From assembly GCA_963793305.1 (NCBI GenBank), contig CAWBZV010000002.1, forward strand, positions 288,001 to 352,000: a DNA stretch of 64,000 nucleotides, in the 5' to 3' direction. Shown piece by piece: positions 8,984-19,838 of the stretch. A program made the position numbers and the translations under genes. The notes under the pieces are model-generated. The model made no database searches. It saw only the letters and a list, made by a program, of their open reading frames with translations, and was not told the DNA's origin. Positions within the stretch are counted from its first letter, which is position 1. Every line of letters begins with the position of its first letter. Origin of the DNA: an uncultured Gemmatimonadales bacterium (GTDB taxonomy: Bacteria > Gemmatimonadota > Gemmatimonadetes > Gemmatimonadales > Gemmatimonadaceae).

Positions 8984-10768
8984 TCAGGCCGCTCCTTCGA
9001 GTGCTTCGACCAGCTGTTGGCGGCGGAGGAGCGACCAGTACCGACCCCCGAGCGCGAGCAAGTCTTCATGGCGGCCTTGCTCGACGATCCGCCCTTCGTC
9101 GAGGACGACGATCCAACTCGCGTCGCGGATCGCGCTGATCCGGTGCGAAGCGATGACGGCCGTCCGCCCCGCGAGCGCATCGCGCAGCGCGTGCAGGATC
9201 GCGGCCTCGGTGTGCGTGTCGACCGCCGAGAGGGCGTCATCCAGCAGCACGATCGACGGCCGACGGGCGAGCGCCCGAGCCAGTGCCGCGCGCTGCTTCT
9301 GGCCGCCGGACAGGTTGATCCCGCGTTCGCCGAGCATCGTGTCGTAGCCGGCCGGGAACGCCGTGATCGTCTCGTCGAGTTGCGCGATCCGCGCGGCCCA
9401 TCGGCCGGCATCTTCGTCCGGTGCTTCCTCCGCCGCGCGCTCGTCGACCAGCTCGGCGTTGTCGCCGTACACCAGGTTCGCACCGATCGTGTCGCTGAAC
9501 AGTAGGCTTTCTTGCGGCACGACCCCAATCGTACGTCGGAGGTCGTCGAGCGGGACCTCGCGGATCGGGACCCCGTCGATCAAAATCTCACCCTCCTGGG
9601 GATCATAGATGCGCGGGATCAGGTCGATCAGGGCGCTCTTCCCACTCGCGGTCGCGCCCACGATTCCCAACGTCGCACCGGCTGGGACGAAAAAGGAGAT
9701 GCCTCGCAAGACGAGTCGTTGGGTGCCCGGGTACGCGAAGCTGACGTTCCGAAACTCGATGGACCGTCCCTGTGGAGCGACGGGCAGTAGCCGAGGCTGC
9801 GCCGGCGAAACGACGCGCGCCTCGGCACGAAAGATGTCCATGAGCCGTGTCATGGACGCCGCCCCGCGCTCGAAGAGATTGATGACCCATCCCAGCGCAA
9901 TCAGCGGCCAGGTGAGCGCCGAGAGGTACATGCCAAAGGCGACGAACTTGCCGACGCTGATCGTCCCTTGCATGGTCAAAATCCCACCGAGGCCCAAGAC
10001 GACGACCCAAGCCAAGCCGGCCAGCAGCCCAAACGCAGGATTCATTGCGCCATTGAGGCGCACGAGATGCATATTGCGTCTCAGGTACTCATCATTGAGC
10101 GCGCCAAACCGGCCGAGCTCTGCCGCCTCCTGGCGATACGCGCGAATGATGCGTGTTCCAGAGAAATTCTCCTGCGCATGCGTCGTCATTGTACTGAAAT
10201 GGTCCTGGACCGCCTCGAACCGCTCGTGGATGATCCGCCCGAACCGCACCATCATGACGGGCAGCAGGACCATCGGCAGCAGGGAAATGCCGGTCAACGT
10301 TGGGCTGATGCGCAGCATGAAGCCGAGGGCGAACACGCCACCGGCGATCGTGGCGACGAGGTACATGATGGCGGGTCCCGCCGCCATCCGAACCGCGCTC
10401 AAGTCGTTGGTGAGCCGCGCCATGATGTCACCCGTTCGGGTATGCCCGAAGTAGGAGGCATCGAGGGTTTCGAGATGCTGAAACAGATCGTTTCTGAGAT
10501 CGTACTCGATGCGGCGGCTGACGCCGTTGAGCACCTCGCGCATCCCGTATCGCAGCCATCCGCCGAAGAGCGCGATCGCCACCATTTCGCCGGCGATGCC
10601 CCAGATGCGCCCGGTGCCCGAGCCGCCACGCATGTCGTCGATCGCCCACTCGATGAGCGTGGGGATGACGCTCGTCACGGCCGACGAGCCCAGGACAAAC
10701 AGCAGTCCAACGATGACCTGCGTCCGATACCGCCGCAGGTATGGCAGGAGTGGCCTAAGAGCCTTCAT
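8984..10768 (-). CDS. ABC exporter, fused permease/ATPase (MdlA/MsbA-like)
   Basis: Six-TM N-terminus, GATASGKS, LSGGQKQR, LLDDALSAVD. Confidence 0.95.
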   Translation of the reverse strand: MKALRPLLPYLRRYRTQVIVGLLFVLGSSAVTSVIPTLIEWAIDDMRGGSGTGRIWGIAGEMVAIALFGGWLRYGMREVLNGVSRRIEYDLRNDLFQHLETLDASYFGHTRTGDIMARLTNDLSAVRMAAGPAIMYLVATIAGGVFALGFMLRISPTLTGISLLPMVLLPVMMVRFGRIIHERFEAVQDHFSTMTTHAQENFSGTRIIRAYRQEAAELGRFGALNDEYLRRNMHLVRLNGAMNPAFGLLAGLAWVVVLGLGGILTMQGTISVGKFVAFGMYLSALTWPLIALGWVINLFERGAASMTRLMDIFRAEARVVSPAQPRLLPVAPQGRSIEFRNVSFAYPGTQRLVLRGISFFVPAGATLGIVGATASGKSALIDLIPRIYDPQEGEILIDGVPIREVPLDDLRRTIGVVPQESLLFSDTIGANLVYGDNAELVDERAAEEAPDEDAGRWAARIAQLDETITAFPAGYDTMLGERGINLSGGQKQRAALARALARRPSIVLLDDALSAVDTHTEAAILHALRDALAGRTAVIASHRISAIRDASWIVVLDEGRIVEQGRHEDLLALGGRYWSLLRRQQLVEALEGAA

Positions 10769-10799
10769 ACTAACGTCGGCTCATGAGACGGAGAGACTT

Positions 10800-11741
10800 A
10801 TGATCACCAAATATAATATCCTGGGTTGCCTCGCCCTCAGTCTGACGGTCGCCGCGTGCGGAAAGTCAGACAAATCGGCGGCCGCTGACAAAATGTCGCC
10901 CGATACGTCGCTGGCGAGCGATCTGGCCGCCGCCGGCGCGCCACCAGCACAACCGGCGTTAGCTGACACGGGTTCCGCGACCAAGGCGACACCAGCGCCT
11001 GCGCCGACGCCTGCACCCGCGCCCGCGGCCGATACCGCGAAGAAAGAAGTCGCGAAGGCCGAGCCCGAGAAGCATCACAAGAAAGAGAAGACCACAACTG
11101 GCGGCGGCGCGACCAGTGGCGGGACTGCGACGCCGTCCCCGACTCAGCCCGGGCAGCCAACGACGACCGCCAGTGGCAATACTGTAACGCACGGTGGCGC
11201 CGGTGGCGGCAATGTCGGAACGATCGCGGCCGGTACCAACATCGCGCTCACCGCCGACCAGCGGATCTGCACCGACAGCAACAAAGTCGGCGACACGTTC
11301 ACCGCGACGGTCGCGAACCCGGTCGTCGGGTCGAACGGCGCCGTCATTCCCGCCGGCTCGAGCGTCTCTGGCCACGTGGTCGCGCTCGGCGCGAGTAAGG
11401 CCGTCGGCCAGACCGTCACGTTCTCGCTGGCATTCGACAACCTGACAGTCAATGGGACAGGCTATCCCTTGGATGCGGCGCTGGCCGGTACGCCGCAGCT
11501 CGCGCAACACCGCACGACTGGCGTGGGAACGGATGCGGCGAAGGTCGGCGGCGGTGCCGTCGTCGGCGCTCTCATCGGCGGGTTGGTCAGCCACAAGGTG
11601 ACAGGCGCCGTGATCGGTGGCGCCGCCGGCGCCGCGGCAGGCGGCGGTGTCGCGGTCGCGACCGGGAAGTTCGACGCATGCCTGCCGCAGGGTGGCAAGC
11701 TGAACATCCAGCTCAATAGCGATCGGCCAATTCGGTCCTAG
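10800..11741 (+). CDS. Lipoprotein with Pro/Ala-rich linker and C-terminal glycine zipper
   Basis: Lipobox VAAC; GDTFTATV beta domain; GGGAVVGALIGG...GAVIGGAAGAAAG zipper; GGAGAG upstream of ATG 10800. Confidence 0.8.
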   Translation: MITKYNILGCLALSLTVAACGKSDKSAAADKMSPDTSLASDLAAAGAPPAQPALADTGSATKATPAPAPTPAPAPAADTAKKEVAKAEPEKHHKKEKTTTGGGATSGGTATPSPTQPGQPTTTASGNTVTHGGAGGGNVGTIAAGTNIALTADQRICTDSNKVGDTFTATVANPVVGSNGAVIPAGSSVSGHVVALGASKAVGQTVTFSLAFDNLTVNGTGYPLDAALAGTPQLAQHRTTGVGTDAAKVGGGAVVGALIGGLVSHKVTGAVIGGAAGAAAGGGVAVATGKFDACLPQGGKLNIQLNSDRPIRS

Positions 11742-11748
11742 CCGACCG

Positions 11749-13446
11749 CTAGTATCCGACCGCGCCTCCCGTCGCGCGCGGGTCCACGGCGCCAACCCAG
11801 CCGTCGGGCCCGCGCATGACCGCGGTGCACGTGCCGCTGGCGCCGCCCTGCGCCACAGCGTACCCCATCGCCCGCAACGAGTCGAGCATCGCCGGGGCGA
11901 ACCCGCCGTTGTCCACGCGCAAAGTGTCCGGCAGCGCCTGATGGTGGACGCGCGGCGCGCGGATCGCGTCGGCGAGCACCATGTGATAGTCGATCGCGTT
12001 GACGATGACCTCGAGGGTGCTCGAGATGATGCGTGGGCCGCCGCGGGCGCCGACGACGAGGAACAGCCGCCCGGTGGGATCAGTGACAATCGTCGGCGAC
12101 ATCGCGCTCAACATGCGCTTGCCAGGCACGATCGCGTTCTGCTCGCCTTGCACGAGGCCGAACATGTTCGGTTGCCCGGGCTGCGCCGCGAAATCATCCA
12201 TCTCGTCGTTCAAGAAGAACCCCGCACCCCGGACGTATACGCCGGAGCCGTACAACGCATTGAGGGTGGTGGTCGTCGCCACCGCATTCCCGGCCGCATC
12301 CACAACCGAGTAGTGCGTCGTCTCGGTATCGCGCACGGCTCGCGCGTACTGTTTGCTGGTGAGCTGATCGACGGGGTTCTGCACGAATTCCGGGTCGCCG
12401 AGTCGGTTGTTGCGATCGGTGAACGCGCGCTTGAACGCATCGCCCAAGCGGCGCGCATACGCGGTCGTGCCATAGGGCGGCAGCGCTGGGTATGTCTCGA
12501 GGATGTTGAGCGTCTCGACAATCGTCACGCCGCCGGACGACGACGGTGGCATGGTGAGCAGCGAGTACCCGCGGTACGTCCCTCGAATGGGCTCCCGCCA
12601 GCGGGCACGATACGCCGCCAGATCCGCTTCCGTGATCAACCCATGCCCACGCTGCTCTTCGTCCACGATGGCGCTGGCGATGCTTCCACGATAGAACGCG
12701 TCGGGCCCCTGGTCCGCGATGAGGTTCAGCGTGCGCGCGAGCTCGGGTTGGACGAGAGTCGCGCCGACCGCCAGAGGCGCGCCGCCCGGATAGAACCGGT
12801 CGGCCCCGGCGAATCGTCCAATCCGCTTCTGCTCATTCGCCAGCGATCGCGCCAGCGCGCTATCGACGCGAAACCCGACGGTCGCCAGCCGAATCGCCGG
12901 CTCCATCACGCGCCGGAGCGGCATGGTGCCGTACGACTTGAGCGCCTCGGCCAACCCGGCAACGGCGCCAGGAACGCCGGATGCGCGGTACCCGGTCACG
13001 CTCTCGTCGGTCAGCTTCCCGTCCGCCCCGACGTACATGTTGCGGGTAGCCGCGAGGGGCGCGACCTCCCGATAATCGAGCGCCGCGACGCGACCGTCGA
13101 CCATGCGGATGACCATGTACCCGCCACCCCCGATGTTGCCGGCCTCGGGCAGGGTCACCGCGAGCGCGAACCCCGTGGCGACCGCCGCGTCGACCGCATT
13201 GCCACCCTCGCGAAGGATCTCGACGCCGGCCGCGCTGGCGAGACCGCTATTGCTCGCGATCATCGCGTGCGGCGCCGTCGCCAGCACCGGCGTCGTCTGG
13301 AAGCGCCACGTGGACGGAATGCGGCCCGCTGCCGTCGTGAGTTGATCGTGGCCCACGCTGCGAGCGCATGAGGTCGCCGTCAGCGCGATTGTGATGCAGA
13401 TCACGAACCGGCGCCCTTGCGAAACGCTTAACCTGGTCTGTTCCAT
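11749..13446 (-). CDS. ggt: Gamma-glutamyltransferase
   Basis: [24 protein letters not shown], catalytic [27 protein letters not shown]. Exact start uncertain. Confidence 0.95.
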   Translation of the reverse strand: MEQTRLSVSQGRRFVICITIALTATSCARSVGHDQLTTAAGRIPSTWRFQTTPVLATAPHAMIASNSGLASAAGVEILREGGNAVDAAVATGFALAVTLPEAGNIGGGGYMVIRMVDGRVAALDYREVAPLAATRNMYVGADGKLTDESVTGYRASGVPGAVAGLAEALKSYGTMPLRRVMEPAIRLATVGFRVDSALARSLANEQKRIGRFAGADRFYPGGAPLAVGATLVQPELARTLNLIADQGPDAFYRGSIASAIVDEEQRGHGLITEADLAAYRARWREPIRGTYRGYSLLTMPPSSSGGVTIVETLNILETYPALPPYGTTAYARRLGDAFKRAFTDRNNRLGDPEFVQNPVDQLTSKQYARAVRDTETTHYSVVDAAGNAVATTTTLNALYGSGVYVRGAGFFLNDEMDDFAAQPGQPNMFGLVQGEQNAIVPGKRMLSAMSPTIVTDPTGRLFLVVGARGGPRIISSTLEVIVNAIDYHMVLADAIRAPRVHHQALPDTLRVDNGGFAPAMLDSLRAMGYAVAQGGASGTCTAVMRGPDGWVGAVDPRATGGAVGY

Positions 13447-13447
13447 T

Positions 13448-14384
13448 ATGGCACTCAAGCTAGCGAAACACCGATTGCCTGCCAACGCCGCCGACACGAG
13501 CCTGACTGAGCGCCGGAACCCGCGCACAGCTGATATAGATCTCGCCTCACCGCAAGAGATCGTCGACCTGATCGGCGCGGAGGACGCGACGGTTGCGGCG
13601 GCGGTACACGCCGAGCGCGAAGCGCTCGCGCGCGCCATCGAATTCGCCGTCGCCGCGTTTCACTCCGGGGGTCGCCTACTATACGTGGGCGCCGGCACGT
13701 CGGGCCGACTCGGCGTGCTCGACGCGGCCGAGTGCCCGCCGACCTTCGGCACGGACCCTTCGATGGTGCAGGCCCTGATTGCGGGCGGCCCAGCGGCCAT
13801 CACGCGCGCACAGGAGGGAGCCGAGGACCGCCCCGAATGCCGGCGCGGCTGACCTCGCCGCCGCCCGAGTCGGCCCCGCTGACTTCGTCATCGGTATCGC
13901 CGCATCCGGCACCACCCCGTACGTCCGGGGCGCTCTCGCGTATGCCCGCGAGGCTGGTGCTCGCACTGCCATTGTCGCCAGCACGCCAATACCATCCGAC
14001 CTCAAAGTCAACGTCGCGATCCTGCCGATCGTCGGCCCGGAGGTGATCACGGGCTCGACCCGCATGAAAGCAGGCACGGCGACGAAGCTCGTGCTGAACA
14101 CGATCACGACCGGTGCGATGATCCGCCTCGGCAAGACGTACGGCAACCTGATGGTCGACCTCAAGGCCACGAACGCGAAGTTGGCGGCCCGGAGCGAACG
14201 TATCGTCGCCGAGGTCGGCGGGATCTCGCGTGAGGCCGCGCGCGAAGTGCTCGCCAGCGCGGGCGGTAGCGTCAAAGTCGCGATCGTCATGCACAAGCGT
14301 GGCGTCGATCGAGCCGAGGCAGAGCGCCTGTTGACCGAGGCCTGCGGTCTCCTTCGCGACATCATCGGCCCGCCGCCGCCGTGA
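13448..14384 (+). CDS. murQ: N-acetylmuramic acid 6-phosphate etherase, one frameshift at ~13833
   Basis: [63 protein letters not shown]. An extra C in CGCCCCGAA splits the ORF. Confidence 0.95.
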
Positions 14385-15469
14385 GCGAACTGTACGTCGG
14401 ACTCATGTCCGGCACGTCCCTCGACGGAATCACGGCCGCGGTCGCCCGCTTCTCGGAAAACCGCTGCGAGCTCGTGGCGTCGAGCACGTGCCGGTACAGC
14501 GACCAGCAGCGCGCTCGCTTCGAACGCGCGCTCGGAGGTCCGATCTCGGCCGCCGAGTGGGCCCGTCTCGACGTGGACCTCGGCACCTGGCTCGCCGATG
14601 CGGCGCTGACGGCGATCGCCAAAAGCGGCGTCGAGGCGACTGCCATCCGCGCGATCGGATCGCATGGCCAGACCGTCTGGCACGAGCCCGCTCGGGCCAC
14701 GTGGCAGATCGGCCAGGCCGCGGTGATCGCCGAGCGGACGGGGATCGATGTCATCAGTGATTTTCGGGTGCGCGATGTCGCCGCGGGCGGGCAGGGCGCT
14801 CCGCTCGTCACACTCGCCGACGCGATGTTGTTTCGTGCGCCGCACGGCGTGCGCGCGTTGCAAAACCTCGGCGGCATCGGCAACGTGACGGTCGTCGCCA
14901 ATGTCGTCCGGGCGTTCGATACGGGCCCGGGCGTCGTGGTCATCGATGGCGTGGTCCGTCGCCTGACCGGTCTGCCATATGACACCGATGGCCGTCTCGC
15001 CCGCGCGGGTCGTCCGCTCGAGTCCGTCGTCGCTCGCGCGTTGACCGATGCGTATTTCTCCGCGCCGCCGCCCAAGTCGACCGGTCGCGAGCTGTTCACC
15101 GCCGAGTATGTGACCGCCTTTATCGACCAATGCCGGGGCGCATCGACGGCGGACATCGTCGCCACCGCGGTCGCGTTGACTGCCGCAAGCCTGGCCAATG
15201 CCTACAATCGATTCGTGCCCGAGCCGCTGGCCGACGTGTTGCTGTCTGGCGGTGGTGCGAGCAACCCAGCCCTCGTCGATGCGATCACGCGTGCGCTCGC
15301 GCCGCGGATCGTGCGTCGGTTCGATGATGTCTTTTTTGATGGCGAAGCCAAAGAGGCCGTGGCGTTCGCGTTTTTGGCCTATCGGCACGTCCACGCGCTG
15401 CCAGGGAACGTCCCGTCCGCGACCGGCGCGGTCGGACCGCGCATCCTCGGAAAACTGACGCCGGCATGA
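14381..15469 (+). CDS. anmK: Anhydro-N-acetylmuramic acid kinase
   Basis: GLMSGTSLDG, GSHGQT, DFRVRDVAAGGQGAPL, NLGGIGN, FDTGPG, PPKSTGRE, KEAVAFA. Confidence 0.96.
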   Translation: MSELYVGLMSGTSLDGITAAVARFSENRCELVASSTCRYSDQQRARFERALGGPISAAEWARLDVDLGTWLADAALTAIAKSGVEATAIRAIGSHGQTVWHEPARATWQIGQAAVIAERTGIDVISDFRVRDVAAGGQGAPLVTLADAMLFRAPHGVRALQNLGGIGNVTVVANVVRAFDTGPGVVVIDGVVRRLTGLPYDTDGRLARAGRPLESVVARALTDAYFSAPPPKSTGRELFTAEYVTAFIDQCRGASTADIVATAVALTAASLANAYNRFVPEPLADVLLSGGGASNPALVDAITRALAPRIVRRFDDVFFDGEAKEAVAFAFLAYRHVHALPGNVPSATGAVGPRILGKLTPA

Positions 15470-16878
15470 TTGCCTACGCGCAGTTATTGATCCCGACGAT
15501 CTGGTGGGATGAGAAGACGGGTTTCGCTGGCGCGAAGCCGCGGACTGACGCCGCATTGGGACTCGGCGTCGGAGGGTTCATTTTGCGTGGGGGCGAGCGC
15601 GAAGCCGTGCGCGCGCTCACGAAAGACTTGCGGCAGCGTTCGCGCATCCCACTGCTGATCGCCGCCGACCTGGAGCGCGGCGCCGGCGAGCAATTCGTCG
15701 GCGCGACGGGCCTGCCCCCAGTCGGCGCGATTGCGTCGCTCGGCGATATGGATGCCATTCGTCGCGCGGCCCGCCTCACCGCACGCGAGGCGCGCACCAT
15801 GGGAGTCAACTGGGATTTCGCGCCGGTCTGCGACCTCGATCTCGATACCAACAATCCGATCGTCGGGACGCGGGCGTTCGGGTCGGATCCCGTGCGCGCC
15901 AGCGAGTGCGCGGCCGAGTGGATCGCGGCGTGCCAGTCGGAAGGCGTGCTGGCCTGCGCGAAGCATTTTCCGGGGCATGGGCGCACCGAGTCCGACTCGC
16001 ACTGCGCGTTGCCCGTCGTGCGCGCGTCGGTCGCGGAGCTCACTGACGTCGATCTCGCTCCGTTCCGCGCCGCGATCGCGACCGGCGTCGCCTCGCTCAT
16101 GACCGCGCATGTCGCGTATCCCGCGCTCGACTCGAGCGGTCAGCCGGCCACGCTGTCGCGCGAAATTCTGCACTGGCTCCTGCGGCAGCGCCTCAAATTC
16201 GACGGGCTGGTGATCAGCGACGCCATGACAATGGCCGGCGTGCGCGACGGTCGCGACGAGTCCGAGGCGGTGGTCGAAGCCGTTCGCGCCGGATGCGATC
16301 TCGTGCTCGACCCCGTCGACCTGCCTGGCGCCATCGCGGCATTGGAAGCCGCGGCAAAAGATCGGCGGTTCGACGACGAGCGGTTGCACCAGTCGCTGCG
16401 TCGTCGGCTCAAGTGGGCGCAGTGGGCGTCGCCGCCCAACGAGTATCGGCGGCCGTCGCTCACCGATCTCGCCTGGGGCGATCAGCTCGCCGAGCGCGTG
16501 ATTCACGTCGTACGCGGTGCGGTGCCGCGGGTCGCCGGCCCGCTCAACGTCCTCGTGATCGACGACGATCATGCGCAGCCGAGCGCATCACGCGACGTGT
16601 TCGTCGCATCGCTGCACGCGGCTGGCGTCAAGCTCGGAGCAAGTGGCGCTGTGATCGTCGCATTGTTCGGCGACCTCGGGCCAGGACGCGAACGCGTTGG
16701 ATACGCGCCCGAAACCTTGGCGAGGGTAGCGGCCGCGCGAGCGACGCTCGTCGTGCAATTCGGCCCACCGCGCTGGGCGTCCGCGCTGACCGACGCCCCG
16801 AACGTTATCTCGGCCTGGGGCGGCGACCGAACGATGCAAACCGCCGCCGCGCGCTGGCTCAAACGCGCCGCATTGTGA
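15466..16878 (+). CDS. nagZ: GH3 beta-N-acetylhexosaminidase
   Basis: ADLERG, FAPVCD, KHFPGHGRTESDSH NagZ motif, ISDAM; operon with murQ and anmK. Confidence 0.88.
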   Translation: MIAYAQLLIPTIWWDEKTGFAGAKPRTDAALGLGVGGFILRGGEREAVRALTKDLRQRSRIPLLIAADLERGAGEQFVGATGLPPVGAIASLGDMDAIRRAARLTAREARTMGVNWDFAPVCDLDLDTNNPIVGTRAFGSDPVRASECAAEWIAACQSEGVLACAKHFPGHGRTESDSHCALPVVRASVAELTDVDLAPFRAAIATGVASLMTAHVAYPALDSSGQPATLSREILHWLLRQRLKFDGLVISDAMTMAGVRDGRDESEAVVEAVRAGCDLVLDPVDLPGAIAALEAAAKDRRFDDERLHQSLRRRLKWAQWASPPNEYRRPSLTDLAWGDQLAERVIHVVRGAVPRVAGPLNVLVIDDDHAQPSASRDVFVASLHAAGVKLGASGAVIVALFGDLGPGRERVGYAPETLARVAAARATLVVQFGPPRWASALTDAPNVISAWGGDRTMQTAAARWLKRAAL

Positions 16879-16889
16879 CGCCGGCCGCG

Positions 16890-16929
16890 CCACCTCGTCA
16901 GATCGCGTAGCCTATCAACGACGAGGTGG
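16890..16929 (+). promoter_or_regulatory. 10-bp inverted repeat overlapping the RBS of the downstream lipoprotein gene
   Basis: CCACCTCGTC 16890-16899 / GACGAGGTGG 16920-16929; the right arm contains GAGG ahead of GTG 16933. Confidence 0.5.
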
Positions 16930-16932
16930 GGC

Positions 16933-17355
16933 GTGAAACGTGGGTTCGTGGTCGCGGTCTTGGTGCTCGCCGGTTGCAACATCCCCGGCCTGGACGATCC
17001 GACATCGGGCGGGTCGTCGTCAACGTCGTCCGGCTCTGGTATCGCGACGTTCGACGGCACATACAGCTATAGCTACCAGATCGATAACAACGGCACCGAG
17101 CAGTCGAATAGCAACGCCGCGCAGCTCCTTATCTCGAATGGCGTGATCACGAGCAACCCAGCCGGTTTCGCCGGCAGCGTGACGGACAGCACGGGCAACG
17201 TGTCGTTCGTGGGTCCCTGTCCGATCAGCGGGAACACGGGCGGGGCGACCTACATCGGGACGGTCGTCAACGACACCCCGAAGTTCGGGCAGGGTACCTG
17301 GACCTGCACGACCGGGGGCGTGTCGGACAACTGGCAGGTGAACGGCGGCGACTAG
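16933..17355 (+). CDS. Hypothetical lipoprotein
   Basis: Lipobox LAGC, Ser/Gly linker, beta-rich domain with two Cys. Confidence 0.75.
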   Translation: MKRGFVVAVLVLAGCNIPGLDDPTSGGSSSTSSGSGIATFDGTYSYSYQIDNNGTEQSNSNAAQLLISNGVITSNPAGFAGSVTDSTGNVSFVGPCPISGNTGGATYIGTVVNDTPKFGQGTWTCTTGGVSDNWQVNGGD

Positions 17356-18644
17356 TTCGGTAGCTCGCGAGCGAGCACGGTCGCTGGTACCGCGTACACA
17401 ATCCGCCCAGCGCTTTCCCGAGCGCCGCCATAGACGACGCCGATGACATTCCCGTCGGCGTCGAACACCGGGCTGCCGCTCGATCCCTCGCCGGCGAACG
17501 AATCCATCTGAATGACGTCGTCGAGCACTTTGCTGAGGGTGCCGGCGACGAGCGTCGAGCGCGCGGTGATCTGCATCCCGCTGCCTTCCATGGGGGTATC
17601 GATGCCGAGCGGATACCCGATGATCGCGGCGGGCGAACCGACGCCTGGCGGTTTCGCGCTCGCCGACGGCGGGGCAATGGCGGGATACGTTCCCGTTTCG
17701 TCGATTTGCAGGAACGCCAGATCGGCGTCCGACGAGACCTTCACGACGTGCGCCGGCACCCATCGTTTCGTATCCGAAAAGATGAGGAGCATGCGCTGCG
17801 CGGCCGTTCCGTCGTCCGAGCGCACGAGATGCCGGTTGGTGACGACGAGCCCCGCTGTCGAGACTGAAAACCCCGTGCCCGTGAACGCGTGCCCGTCCGG
17901 CATCTCGACGGCAATGAGCACGACGGCCGGCCCTTTCGATCGCGCGATCTTCGCGTAATCCACCCGCGACGCGGTCGCCAGGAGCTTCTCGCGCGACTCC
18001 GAGTGTTTGAGCTGCGCGACGTCCGCGGCCGCTTGTGCGCTGCCCCGTTGCTCGGCCGCGAGCCGCGTGCGTAAGCCTTCGCTTTCGTGCTGCGCCGCCG
18101 ACAGCGCGCTATCGAGGCCCGAGGCGCGAGAGCTCACGTCCCGCACGCTGGCCGAGAGCACCTGATTGACGCTGTCGCTCTTGCGCAGCAATGCGTCGAG
18201 CGCCGACTCCCGCTTGCGGGCCGCCCGGTGCGTGGCCGAGTAGGCGACGATGATGCCGGCGGCGAACCCTGCCGCCCCACCCACGGTCATCCACACGCGC
18301 CGCCGCGTCCAATGGAAGCGGCGGTCGACGTGAAACTCCATGCGCGGGCCACTGGCGCCGAACGCAATGACATCGCCATCGGTCAGCACGTGGTCCCGCT
18401 CGAGGCGATCGCCGTTCACCCAGGTGCCGTTCGTGCTCCCCGCGTCGCGGATCGTAAACCGCGTGCCGTTGCCGCTGCCAATGATTTCCGCGTGGCGTCC
18501 GGAGACGTCGCGATCTTTGGTCGGATCGAACTGAAAGTCACTCGCCGGATGCCGCCCGATGCGCAACCGCTGCATGCGGCGGCCATCGAATCGCGCGGTG
18601 TGGCCGCTTTTCGCGCCGGTCAGAACGTGGAGGACGATGCGCAT
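17352..18644 (-). CDS. FHA domain-TM-coiled coil-trypsin-like serine protease
   Basis: FHA motifs IGR, VSGRHA, DAGSTNGT; TM helix; protease triad TNRHLV, DADLA, GSSGSPV. Confidence 0.88.
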   Translation of the reverse strand: MRIVLHVLTGAKSGHTARFDGRRMQRLRIGRHPASDFQFDPTKDRDVSGRHAEIIGSGNGTRFTIRDAGSTNGTWVNGDRLERDHVLTDGDVIAFGASGPRMEFHVDRRFHWTRRRVWMTVGGAAGFAAGIIVAYSATHRAARKRESALDALLRKSDSVNQVLSASVRDVSSRASGLDSALSAAQHESEGLRTRLAAEQRGSAQAAADVAQLKHSESREKLLATASRVDYAKIARSKGPAVVLIAVEMPDGHAFTGTGFSVSTAGLVVTNRHLVRSDDGTAAQRMLLIFSDTKRWVPAHVVKVSSDADLAFLQIDETGTYPAIAPPSASAKPPGVGSPAAIIGYPLGIDTPMEGSGMQITARSTLVAGTLSKVLDDVIQMDSFAGEGSSGSPVFDADGNVIGVVYGGARESAGRIVYAVPATVLARELPN

Positions 18645-18656
18645 CGTGCTCCGGCG

Positions 18657-19838
18657 CTACTTGGTTCGGAGATACGTGACGAGCCCGTAGACGAGAACCA
18701 CGATGGCGGCGACCGCGACGATCAGGACCGCGGCGCGCCGCTTGCGCCCCTTGGGCTGCGGCGCACTGGGGTCCGTGCCGAGCGCTGCCCTGGCGGCTTC
18801 GATGTCAGCCGGCGTCAGCGCTCGCCGCACGCCGGTCGGCTGCAGCGACGGAAAGGCCGTGTGGTCCGCCGCGGGCGGCGCCGCGTTCAACACCTCGGTC
18901 AGCTCGTCGCGCGGGGGGGTCGGTGCGCTGACCTCGAGACGCGGATGCGGCGTGACCGGCGTCGTCTCGCCGACGGCGAACGTCTGGTGCCCAACCTGGT
19001 CGCCATCGGTGGGTGGCACGAGGCCCTCGCCCTCGAATCGCGCCGCCACGACCGTGATGTTATCCGGCCCGCCACTCTCGTTCGCGAGCGAGATGAGCTG
19101 ATGGCACAGCGTCACGAGGTCTGACGACTCGCGCGCCACCCGCTGGATCTCGTGATCGCGCACCACGCCGGACAATCCATCGCTACACAGTACGAGCACG
19201 TCGCCCCGACGAAGCTGCTGGTGAGTGATGTCGACCTTGATGGCGGCCTCGGGTCCGAGCGCCTGCAGGATAATGTTGCGGCGCTCGCTCACCTCGGCCT
19301 CTTCGGCCGTGATCTCGCCGGCTTCGATCAGTCGCTGCATGAGCGACTGGTCCTTCGTCAGTTGCCGCACCTCGCCCTGGCGCATGAGATACGCGCGACT
19401 GTCGCCGACCTGCGCGATGTAGAGCGTGTCGCCGAGGATCCCGGCGACCGTCGCCGTCGTGCCCATGCCGCGGTTTTCGGGGTGCTCCGACGCATACTCG
19501 TGGATCCGATCGTTCGCGACCTCGGTCGCATCGTGCAGCGTCACCGCGAACACCTTCGGGTCCGTGCCGGGCCCAGACGACCACTTGCCTCGCAACTCGG
19601 ACAGAATGACATCGACCGCCATCGAGCTCGCGATCTCGCCCGCCGCGGCGCCGCCCATGCCGTCGGCGACCATGAACAGGGTGCCGTGCTCTCCCGGCAC
19701 CTGCGTCTGTTCGGCCGGGAACGTCAGTGGCTGCGCCTTGTCGAGATCGGCGACCATGAACGCGTCTTCATTGTGCTCGCGCGTTCGGCCGACGTCCGAA
19801 ACGCCGTACACGTGCACGACGATGTTCGGCTCGGTCAC
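18657..19838 (-). CDS. PP2C-type Ser/Thr phosphatase (Stp1/PrpC family) with C-terminal TM
   Basis: SDVGRTREHNED, VADGMGG, MGTT, VGDSRAY, LCSDGL, GGPDNIT. GTG 19838 overlaps the kinase TGA. Confidence 0.94.
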   Translation of the reverse strand: MTEPNIVVHVYGVSDVGRTREHNEDAFMVADLDKAQPLTFPAEQTQVPGEHGTLFMVADGMGGAAAGEIASSMAVDVILSELRGKWSSGPGTDPKVFAVTLHDATEVANDRIHEYASEHPENRGMGTTATVAGILGDTLYIAQVGDSRAYLMRQGEVRQLTKDQSLMQRLIEAGEITAEEAEVSERRNIILQALGPEAAIKVDITHQQLRRGDVLVLCSDGLSGVVRDHEIQRVARESSDLVTLCHQLISLANESGGPDNITVVAARFEGEGLVPPTDGDQVGHQTFAVGETTPVTPHPRLEVSAPTPPRDELTEVLNAAPPAADHTAFPSLQPTGVRRALTPADIEAARAALGTDPSAPQPKGRKRRAAVLIVAVAAIVVLVYGLVTYLRTK

